Assembly: GCA_964429945.1 (NCBI GenBank)
Contig: CAYSDX010000114.1
Span: 2,316 to 66,315, forward strand
DNA: 64,000 bases
Direction of reading: 5' to 3'
From: an uncultured Spirochaetia bacterium
GTDB lineage: Bacteria; Desulfobacterota_D; UBA1144; Nemesobacterales; Nemesobacteraceae
Part shown: positions 56,442 to 64,000 of the stretch, one piece after another
Position numbering within the stretch: position 1 is the stretch's first letter
Layout: each line of letters opens with the position of its first letter
Notes under the pieces: generated by a model
Seen by the model: the letters and a program-made list of their open reading frames with translations, nothing else
Databases searched by the model: none
Told to the model about the DNA's origin: nothing
Program-made: the position numbers and the translations under genes

Positions 56442-57046
56442 GACTTGCCGTATCCGTGGAGGGCCAGACGGAGGAGCGTTTTATAAAAGAAGTAATTGCT
56501 CCCCACTTAGAAAGTCGGGAGATTTATGCCCAACCGATTCCGCTCGGAAGCGGAGGGGGCGATGTTTCGATGCCGCGCGTCAGAAAAGACTTGATAAACT
56601 TGCTGGGAAGTTTTGATAAAGTAACGACGTTCTATGATTTTTACGGGTTTCGGGGGAAGGATGAGGCGGAGAGCAAGGAGTCGTTAGAAGCGAAAATCCT
56701 TGATTGCGTTAAATCCCAGTCTCGCGTCCGGCTCATTCCATATATCCAGATGTACGAATTTGAAGGGTTGCTGTTTTCATCTCCGCAGGCTATAGAAAAC
56801 AATATTCCTCCCTATAGCGGGTTGTCGGATTGGGCACAGCGAGTGGTTAGTAAATTTGGCGGAGACCCCGAAGCGATAAATGACTCAACGCATTCTGCTC
56901 CTTCAAAAAGACTGAGCGGTAAAACAAAATACATAAAAACTATTCATGGGCCCGACATAGCGGGTGAAATTGGCCTTGAAGTATTAAGAGAGAAATGCAA
57001 GGATTTTGGAAAGTGGCTTTCTAAATTGGAAAAATTGAGGGCATAG
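56435..57046 (+). CDS. DUF4276-like (TOPRIM-like) small protein
   Basis: 203 aa with N-terminal LAVSVEGQTEERFIKEVIAPHL and later YEFEGLLFSSP. The ATG overlaps the ATPase stop (ATGGTAA). Confidence 0.6.
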   Translation: MVRLAVSVEGQTEERFIKEVIAPHLESREIYAQPIPLGSGGGDVSMPRVRKDLINLLGSFDKVTTFYDFYGFRGKDEAESKESLEAKILDCVKSQSRVRLIPYIQMYEFEGLLFSSPQAIENNIPPYSGLSDWAQRVVSKFGGDPEAINDSTHSAPSKRLSGKTKYIKTIHGPDIAGEIGLEVLREKCKDFGKWLSKLEKLRA

Positions 57047-57161
57047 TTCTATATTCAGATAGATTGTTCATATGATATGAATGACTCGCACTCCTTTAAG
57101 GCATTTGCACTGTTGAATGTCATGTTTTCAAGTTTGACTTGACTGCAGTAAACTAGAACAA

Positions 57162-59930
57162 ATGAAAGAATGGAAATGGGAAGGCTCACGTTGGTGGAAA
57201 TTTGATTTCCATACCCATACTCCAGCCTCTGATGATTACGGCAAGGGACAGAACCAAACAGCCTTGAAAGAACACAAACCTAGGGACTGGCTGCTTGACT
57301 ACATGCGCGCCGGTATCGATTGCGTTGCAATAACTGATCACAATAGTGGTCAGTGGATTGACCTTGTCAAGGAGGAACTTGCCCGATTGGAAAGTGATCC
57401 TCCTGAAGGATTCAGGCCTATTCACGTATTTCCGGGCGTGGAAATCTCGATTAACGGTGGCATACATCTTCTGGCGATTTTCGGACCTGATAAAAAGACA
57501 TCGGATGTAGACTCTCTTCTAACAAGGGTCGAATTTGACGGCGAAAAAGGTTCAGGCGATGGAGTTACATGCCTTTCGCTCATCAAGGTTGTTGAAGAAG
57601 TTGTTTCAGCAGGAGCAATAGCAATTCCCGCCCATGCGGACAAGACGAAAGGGCTTTTCAATGTTTTTAAAAAAGGAAAAACGCTAGAGCAGGTACTGGA
57701 CTGCAAAAGTGTTTTTGCGATAGAGTTGGTTGATCCAGATTGCGAGAAGCCGGGAACCTATGCCGACAAAAATCCTCGGTGGACCGAGGTGCTCGGGTCT
57801 GACAGTCATTATCCTCCCGGCAGTTTGGAAGAAAAATACCCCGGCAGCCACTTCACTTGGGTCAAAATGGGAACGCCGGGAATAGAGGGACTACGGTTAG
57901 CTCTGCTTGATGGTCCACTGTCCGTGATTCGGTCCGACAGGCAGGAAGGCAACCCTAACGAGCGTGCGAAAATGGTGCTGGAATCCATAGAAGTTTCGCA
58001 AGCGCGTTATCTAGGCCGTTTCAACCCCTTCACAATAGAGTTTAACCCTTGGCTTAACTCTATCATCGGTGGCAGGGGGACCGGCAAATCGACCATCATT
58101 GAATTTCTGCGTATTGCCCTGCGAAGAGAGGATGAATTGCCGGAAGACTTGCAAAACGACTTTGAAAAATACAGGAAAGTTTACCCCGACAGAAAAGAAG
58201 GCGGTCTTCTCACGGATGAAGTTACTATCAAGACAGTTTATCGCAAGGACGATTCACGGTTTTGCGTACAGTGGGACAATGCTGGGAATCTTGAACCCAT
58301 TGAAGAGGAAATTGAAGGAGAATGGAAGCGTGCCGAAGGTGATATTCGACAACGATTTCCGGTGAGAATTTACAGCCAGAAACAGATATTTCATCTTGCG
58401 AAAAGACCACTTGCCTTACTCAGCGTGGTTGACGAAGCTCTGGAAGTGGATCGTCACTCTTGGGATGAGAAGTGGAGACAGGCGGAAAGCAGATTCCTTT
58501 TTCTGCGTGCAAAAGTCAGAGAGACAGAAGCCGGATTGTTTGAAAAAACGCGTCTTCAGGGCGAGCTTGAAGACATAAAAAGAAAGCAGGATATCTTCGA
58601 ACAGGCTGGATACGCGGATGTATTACGGAATTTTCAGAAATTGAGCCGCCAGAAACGTAGCATGGGAGATTGGGAGGAAACTTGGATTGAAGTTGGAGAA
58701 AGGTTGCGGCGTGTAGCGCGTGAACTTGTTCCCGAACCTCTTGAAGATAAAACCTTTGATACGGATATTGAGGCAGATGTCGAATTGCAAGGACATGCAG
58801 CCGCGGCACGCGAAAGCTTGGGTGAATTACGTAAAGAAGTTGAATCTCTTGCATCTCGAGCAGATAAAATTCTCGCCGAGTGGCAGAAGAACAAGGATGA
58901 ATCATTTTGGAAGAGGGGTGTTACCGTTGCTGAACAGGCCTATCAGAAATTGAAGGAAGACTTGGCAAAAGAGGGAGAAGACGACCCAGCGGGTTACGGT
59001 GAGTTGGTACAGCGCCGCCAATTCATCGAGAAGAAACTTGAGCGGCTTGAGGAATCCAAAAAGCATGTAGGGGAACTTGAAAAACAGTCAGAGCTGCAGT
59101 TAGAAGAAATGCTGGAAATCCGCCGGGAACTGACCAAATTCCGAGAGAATTTTTTGAACGGGGTACTAGGTGAAAATCAATATGTCCGCATAAAGGTTGT
59201 TCCTTATAGAGCAACTGATACTGTTGAAGCAGAATTCCGCCAGTTGCTTCAAAGGGAAGGCTCGAGCTTCGAGAAGGACATAGGTTCGCCAAACGGCGGA
59301 GGATTGCTCGGGAACCTTTATAAGGGTAATAAGTGCAGTGAGAATATCGAAAAGAATCTTGCGGAAATCAAAAACAACGTTAGGGATATTGCCTCTGGCA
59401 AGGATGATCCACAGGTTGTGGATCAACGATTCTCTAAGCATGTCTCTAATCTCAACCCTGAAGCTATTGATCGTATAGACATGTGGTTTCCAGAGGATTC
59501 ACTTGATGTCCAATACAATGCAACGGGCGAAGGTGAGAATTTTCTCTCGATAGAGGAAGGCTCGCCTGGACAGAGGACAGCTGCGCTTCTGGCCTTCCTT
59601 CTTTCTTATGGGGATGAACCCTTGATTCTGGACCAACCCGAAGATGATCTGGACAACCTGTTGATCTATGATTTGATTGTGACCCAGTTACGGAACATGA
59701 AGCGCAATCGACAGATCATTGTAGTGACGCATAATGCCAATATAGTTGTCAACGGCGATTCGGAACTAATTGTGGCTCTTGCCCCGCATTACGGTGAAAC
59801 GAAAAAAGACTGCAACGGAAGTCTTCAGGAGAAAGAAGTCAGGGAAACTATTTGCGCAATTATGGAGGGAGGAAGTAAGGCATTCGAAGATCGCTATCGT
59901 CGTATCGCGCCTGGAAAAGACCATGTTTAA
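57162..59930 (+). CDS. PHP-family phosphoesterase fused to an SMC/RecN-like ABC ATPase with central coiled coil
   Basis: PHP motifs FDFHTHTPASDDYG, AITDHNS, GVEIS..GIHLL and IPAHAD. Walker A GGRGTGKST, about 250 aa of charged heptad-like sequence, signature-like SPGQRTAALLAF, Walker B LILDQPEDDLD, then VVTHNANIVVNGDSE. Confidence 0.8.
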   Translation: MKEWKWEGSRWWKFDFHTHTPASDDYGKGQNQTALKEHKPRDWLLDYMRAGIDCVAITDHNSGQWIDLVKEELARLESDPPEGFRPIHVFPGVEISINGGIHLLAIFGPDKKTSDVDSLLTRVEFDGEKGSGDGVTCLSLIKVVEEVVSAGAIAIPAHADKTKGLFNVFKKGKTLEQVLDCKSVFAIELVDPDCEKPGTYADKNPRWTEVLGSDSHYPPGSLEEKYPGSHFTWVKMGTPGIEGLRLALLDGPLSVIRSDRQEGNPNERAKMVLESIEVSQARYLGRFNPFTIEFNPWLNSIIGGRGTGKSTIIEFLRIALRREDELPEDLQNDFEKYRKVYPDRKEGGLLTDEVTIKTVYRKDDSRFCVQWDNAGNLEPIEEEIEGEWKRAEGDIRQRFPVRIYSQKQIFHLAKRPLALLSVVDEALEVDRHSWDEKWRQAESRFLFLRAKVRETEAGLFEKTRLQGELEDIKRKQDIFEQAGYADVLRNFQKLSRQKRSMGDWEETWIEVGERLRRVARELVPEPLEDKTFDTDIEADVELQGHAAAARESLGELRKEVESLASRADKILAEWQKNKDESFWKRGVTVAEQAYQKLKEDLAKEGEDDPAGYGELVQRRQFIEKKLERLEESKKHVGELEKQSELQLEEMLEIRRELTKFRENFLNGVLGENQYVRIKVVPYRATDTVEAEFRQLLQREGSSFEKDIGSPNGGGLLGNLYKGNKCSENIEKNLAEIKNNVRDIASGKDDPQVVDQRFSKHVSNLNPEAIDRIDMWFPEDSLDVQYNATGEGENFLSIEEGSPGQRTAALLAFLLSYGDEPLILDQPEDDLDNLLIYDLIVTQLRNMKRNRQIIVVTHNANIVVNGDSELIVALAPHYGETKKDCNGSLQEKEVRETICAIMEGGSKAFEDRYRRIAPGKDHV

Positions 59931-61164
59931 CAGCCCGGAAGAACTGCTGCGCAAAATACATCTTGGAGAAGACAACTCGCTTGAGCTTAAAGCTATTGTG
60001 TTCAGAGGGGAACGGATTATCGGGCCATCGCGCGACGAACTGGCCGACGAATTTTCCTCTATAGCCAATACTAACGACTGCGTAGTTGTTCTGGGCGTGG
60101 ACGATAAGACTCACGAGATAATTGGTATCCCGGCAGAACGCATAGAAACCGTTGAGCGTTACTTATACGAAATTTGCAATGACAGCATCACACCGCCTGT
60201 TTTTTTTCGATCATTCCGCATGGAACTTCCCGACAGCACAGGTGCTTTGCAGATCGTCCTCAAGGTGGAAGTTCCGCGCAGTCTCTTTGTCCACGAAAGC
60301 CCGGGCGGCTACTTCCATCGCCAAGGGAGTTCAACACGGAAAATGTCGCCGGAATATCTCGCCCGCATGTTTCAGCAACGCAGTCAGGCCCGATTGATCA
60401 GATTTGAAGAACAGCCTGTCCCCCAGTCAAGCATAAATGATTTATGTAAGGAACTGTGGGAAAAATACACCACGCGTTCCAATGAACCCGTAGAAGTCAT
60501 TTTGCTGAAGCGTTCTTTATTGTCCAAAGAGGAAAGTGGGACTGTGGTTGCTTCGGTGGCAGGCATATTGTTTTGTAGCGAATATCCAGAGCACTTTTTA
60601 CCCAACGCATTTATTGAGGCCGTGCGCTACAGGGGAACAAGGCAGGATTCCAATTATCAGATTGATGCTCAGAGAATCCGCGGACCACTTGACCAGCAGA
60701 TAAAAGAATCCATGGCTTTTCTAAGAAGGAATCAGGTTGTCGGAGCTGTCAAGAAACCTCATCGCGTCGAAAAGCCGCAGTTCAGCGAGCAGGCCGTATT
60801 TGAAGCTGTGGTAAATGCCGTGGCTCATCGGGACTATTCGATCTCCGGATCAAAGATCCGGCTCTTCATGTTTGATGACCGGCTGGAAATTTACTCGCCA
60901 GGCGCTCTTCCCAATACCGTAACCATTGACAGCATGCACCTTCGCCAAGCGACCCGGAATGAACTGATTACAAGTCTGCTTGCGGAAACACCGGTGGCAA
61001 CGGCGATTGGAGATGTGGGACGTGGTTTCTACATGGAAAAACGAGGTGATGGAGTTCCAATTATTTTGGATGAAAGCGAAAGACTTTCCGGAAAAAAGCC
61101 GGTTTATAAACTCATCGATGATTCCGAACTTTTGCTAACCATTTATTCTGCGAAAACGCGATAA
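59923..61164 (+). CDS. AlbA_2 (Schlafen-like) domain protein with HATPase_c_4-like C-terminal domain (COG2865-like)
   Basis: 413 aa from ATG 59923, overlapping the upstream stop (ATGTTTAA). N-terminal GEDNSLELKA...VVVLGVDD and C-terminal FEAVVNAVAHRDYS...LEIYSPGALPN. No C-terminal HTH seen. Confidence 0.7.
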   Translation: MFNSPEELLRKIHLGEDNSLELKAIVFRGERIIGPSRDELADEFSSIANTNDCVVVLGVDDKTHEIIGIPAERIETVERYLYEICNDSITPPVFFRSFRMELPDSTGALQIVLKVEVPRSLFVHESPGGYFHRQGSSTRKMSPEYLARMFQQRSQARLIRFEEQPVPQSSINDLCKELWEKYTTRSNEPVEVILLKRSLLSKEESGTVVASVAGILFCSEYPEHFLPNAFIEAVRYRGTRQDSNYQIDAQRIRGPLDQQIKESMAFLRRNQVVGAVKKPHRVEKPQFSEQAVFEAVVNAVAHRDYSISGSKIRLFMFDDRLEIYSPGALPNTVTIDSMHLRQATRNELITSLLAETPVATAIGDVGRGFYMEKRGDGVPIILDESERLSGKKPVYKLIDDSELLLTIYSAKTR

Positions 61165-61286
61165 ACTCATCAATGATTCCGAACTTGGATCATGCGGGAA
61201 TATAATCGGGTAAATTCCAGAGAGTATCCGCGCAAGAATATAGCTTGGAAAAACAAGAACCGCTGCTCCCCGCCGTATTCATTTTA

Positions 61287-61316
61287 TTGACAATAAAAGA
61301 TGCCTGTATATAGAAT
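61287..61316 (+). promoter_or_regulatory. Candidate sigma70 promoter of hisBH
   Basis: TTGACA (61287-61292), 18-nt spacer, TAGAAT (61311-61316), 47 nt upstream of the hisB ATG. Confidence 0.4.
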
Positions 61317-61362
61317 GATTAGCGGAAACTAGCCGCCACGCCGCGAAGAAAGGAGCCCGACA

Positions 61363-61950
61363 ATGACCCGCAAAGCCGTTTTAAAAAGAGAAACATCCGA
61401 AGTCAGTGTCAGCGTCGAGCTTGATCTTGACGGAACCGGGAAATTCGATATCTCGACGGGGGTGCCGTTTTTCGACCACATGCTGAGCCAGTTCGCAAAG
61501 CACGGCTACTTCGACCTCACGGTCAAGGCCGAAGGAGACATCGACGTTGATTTCCACCACACCGTTGAGGACGTGGGGATAGTGCTCGGTGAAGCCTTCT
61601 CGGAAGCCCTGGGAGACAAGAGGGGAATCACTAGGTACGGGCACGCCGTAATTCCCTTTGACGACGTGCTTGTCGTGGTGGCGGTTGATCTAAGCGACAG
61701 GCCCTGCTTCGTTTTCAAGGGTGATATCCCGGGGGGCAAGGTCGGGGACTTTGACGCGGAGCTCGCCGAGGAGTTTTTCAAGTCTCTTACGAACTCGCTT
61801 CGCTGCAACCTGCACATCGAGTTTCGCCACGGAACGAATCTGCACCACATAATAGAGGCCATGTTCAAGGCCTTGGGAAGATCCATGGATTCTGCCTCGG
61901 CGCTTGACGGGCGCCGCGACGATATTCCCTCGACCAAGGGGACTCTCTAG
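61363..61950 (+). CDS. hisB: Imidazoleglycerol-phosphate dehydratase
   Basis: RETSEVSVSVELDLDGTG...PFFDHML...HHTVEDVGI...HHIIEAMFKA. Confidence 0.95.
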   Translation: MTRKAVLKRETSEVSVSVELDLDGTGKFDISTGVPFFDHMLSQFAKHGYFDLTVKAEGDIDVDFHHTVEDVGIVLGEAFSEALGDKRGITRYGHAVIPFDDVLVVVAVDLSDRPCFVFKGDIPGGKVGDFDAELAEEFFKSLTNSLRCNLHIEFRHGTNLHHIIEAMFKALGRSMDSASALDGRRDDIPSTKGTL

Positions 61951-62570
61951 TGATTTCCATAGTGGATTACGGAATGGGGAACCTGAGAAGCGTCGAGAAG
62001 GGCTTTACCTCCCAGGGCATTAGTGTGCGCGTGACCTCGGATCCGGGCTACATAGAGAGCTCGAGCGGCATCGTGCTTCCCGGAGTCGGGGCTTTCGGCG
62101 ACTGCGTGAGGAACCTTCGGGACCGCTTCATGATCGGACCCATAAAGGATTTTGTCGGGAGCGGGCGGCCTTTTTTGGGAATATGCCTCGGTTTTCAGGT
62201 GCTGTTTGAGTCAAGCGAGGAGGCGCCGGGGGAACAGGGGCTCGGGGTCTTCAGGGGAAAGGTCGTTCGGTTCCGCCCCGAGAATAAGAGCATGAAGGTG
62301 CCCCACATGGGCTGGAACAGGGTGAGTGTCCCCGAGCGGAGTTCCATACTCGAGGGGATACCGCAGCGAAGCTGGTTTTATTTCGTCCACTCCTACCACG
62401 TGGTATCGGAGCAGCCCGGGGTCGAGGTTCTTCACTCCGATTACGGGGGCTCCTTCGAGGCGGGGGTCATATCGGGCAACCTCTCGGCTTTTCAGTTCCA
62501 CCCTGAAAAAAGCTCCGACTACGGGCTCATGATCTTGAGGAACTTCTCGAAGCTCTGTCTTGAGAACTGA
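61950..62570 (+). CDS. hisH: Imidazole glycerol phosphate synthase, glutaminase subunit
   Basis: GTG start overlapping the hisB TAG. IVDYGMGNLRSV, catalytic GICLG, and FQFHPEKS. Confidence 0.93.
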   Translation: MISIVDYGMGNLRSVEKGFTSQGISVRVTSDPGYIESSSGIVLPGVGAFGDCVRNLRDRFMIGPIKDFVGSGRPFLGICLGFQVLFESSEEAPGEQGLGVFRGKVVRFRPENKSMKVPHMGWNRVSVPERSSILEGIPQRSWFYFVHSYHVVSEQPGVEVLHSDYGGSFEAGVISGNLSAFQFHPEKSSDYGLMILRNFSKLCLEN

Positions 62571-64000
62571 TCCTTCTCCCGTCCGTAAACCGCTTCGTAC
62601 GCGGCGTAGCTTCTGAGGATTTTCTTCACGTAGTTCCTTGACTGCTCAAACGGGATTTCCTCTACGAATTCGTCGATGTCGAGCGAGCCGTTTTTCTCGT
62701 ACCATGTCTTTGCGCTCGTTGGACCGCCGTTATACCCGGCGAGGCTTACGGCGAAGTTCCCCTCGAATATGCTGAGCAGCCAGCTCAGGTAGTAGCATCC
62801 GAGATCGAGGTTTATGTCGGGAGAGAAAAGCTGGGAGGCCTGAAAATTGCTGAGGCCCGCCTTGGGCGCCGTCTCAAGCGCCGTCGAGGGCAGAAGCTGC
62901 ATGAGCCCCCTCGCGTCGGAAACGGAAACCGCCTCCTTGTCGAAATGGCTCTCCTCCCTTATGACGGAATAGACAAGGAACTCATCAAGGGCGTATTTGC
63001 GCGAAAAAAGCCTTACCCGCTCCTCAAACCCCTTCGGAAAGGAGAGGCGGAGCGCCTCGGGGGACCCGAGACCGTCTGCCAGGCTTATGGAACTTTTGTA
63101 GTCGTGCGCCTGCAAGTGAAGCGAGGCGAGGTATATCCGCTGCACTACCGTTTTCGCCTGGGGGCGCAGCAGCTCAGCTTCCCGGAGCGCTAAATCGTGT
63201 ATCCCGGCCTTTATGAAGAAAAGGAATTTCTCGATCGCGGGATTTTTCCCGAAGGGGTTCCCCGAGTAGTCGGTGGCCGTGCTCCGGAGCGGGGGCAGGG
63301 TCTGCTTTAGCCTGAGTTTGGCGAGAAACGAATAGTAGGTGATTTTCCGCGAGTCGGCTAGCTTTCCAAGCGCGAAAAGAGCCCCGGGCTTATCCCCCGC
63401 CCGCTCGGCCGCTCTTGCGTACCAGTAAAGGAATCGCTCCCGCTCGGCGCCGTACACCCAGGCGCGGTCAGAGAAGATCTCAACCGCCTTTTCGTACTCC
63501 TTTTTCCTGTAGTGGATCCACCCGAGGTTCCAGGCGCTTTTCTCGGCCTCTTCCCTCCCGGGGTATTTCTCGATGATGATGCGGTAGAGGCGCTCGGCCT
63601 CTTTGAATTCCTCGCGCAGGTGGCGGAGCCTCGCGGCCTTAAAAAGCGATTTCACTGCCCAGGGGCTTTTCGGGTTAAGCTTATGGAGAAGCTCGAAAAC
63701 TCCTATGGCTTCTTTTTCTTTTTCCATGCTCATCAGGGTCACTCCCTTCCAGTAAAAAGCCTTCGGGGAGTCTATGGCCGAGAAGACTTCCAGGGCTTCG
63801 GGAAACCTTGAGAGCCTGTAGAGGCAGATGCCGGTTTTAATTCTCACGGCGCTTGTCTGGGGAGCCCCGGAGAAAGCCGAAAGCGCCTCCTCCCAGTTCC
63901 CGGCCTTGAACAGCACCTCACCTCTTTTTACGAACTGCTTTGGCGAGGGAGTGAAAGCCTTTTCGTTTTTCCGGTGAAGTTCAAACACGTAGTCGGAGAA
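62519..64000 (-). CDS. Lytic transglycosylase (Slt family) with helical/TPR-like N-terminal region; 5' end probably beyond the right edge
   Basis: SLT catalytic block ESHFDKEAVSVSDARGLMQLLPSTA and AGYNGG. The frame remains open from 63988 to position 64000. Confidence 0.85.
   Translation of the reverse strand, partial: FSDYVFELHRKNEKAFTPSPKQFVKRGEVLFKAGNWEEALSAFSGAPQTSAVRIKTGICLYRLSRFPEALEVFSAIDSPKAFYWKGVTLMSMEKEKEAIGVFELLHKLNPKSPWAVKSLFKAARLRHLREEFKEAERLYRIIIEKYPGREEAEKSAWNLGWIHYRKKEYEKAVEIFSDRAWVYGAERERFLYWYARAAERAGDKPGALFALGKLADSRKITYYSFLAKLRLKQTLPPLRSTATDYSGNPFGKNPAIEKFLFFIKAGIHDLALREAELLRPQAKTVVQRIYLASLHLQAHDYKSSISLADGLGSPEALRLSFPKGFEERVRLFSRKYALDEFLVYSVIREESHFDKEAVSVSDARGLMQLLPSTALETAPKAGLSNFQASQLFSPDINLDLGCYYLSWLLSIFEGNFAVSLAGYNGGPTSAKTWYEKNGSLDIDEFVEEIPFEQSRNYVKKILRSYAAYEAVYGREKDQFSRQSFEKFLKIMSP

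Overview
Origin-proximal segment of a bacterial chromosome of moderately high GC; the taxon cannot be assigned from sequence alone. All family names come from motif recognition by eye, since no database search was possible. The backbone is housekeeping: recR-ybaB-dnaX preceded by an SRP RNA, and mnmE flanked by two perfect parS sites. It also holds thiL, dnaA-dnaN, lysC/cimA/tsaE/nnr, a pabB-pabC-mazG-folE2 folate cluster, pheA-hisC-tyrA, hisBH and three tRNAs (Ser-GGA, Leu-CAA, Met/Ile2-CAT). Several tandem paralogue pairs are present (cupin, csp, CNNM/CorC). Two visibly AT-richer accessory islands interrupt this backbone. Island 1 (about 13.8-22.6 kb) carries a Cys-rich small protein and an ABC-type ATPase with an RloB-like partner. 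It also carries a 1.77-kb IS, a small secreted protein, and a 1074-aa N6-adenine methyltransferase overlapped by a PD-(D/E)xK protein. Island 2 (about 55.1-61.3 kb) carries four same-strand genes. These are a second ABC-type ATPase with a DUF4276-like partner, then a 922-aa PHP-phosphoesterase/SMC-like ATPase fusion whose stop overlaps the start of an AlbA_2 (Schlafen-like)/HATPase-like protein. I rank this last pair, and island 2 as a whole, as the best candidate for a poorly described conflict system. The methyltransferase/nuclease pair comes next. No CRISPR array, rRNA or prophage structural genes were seen.
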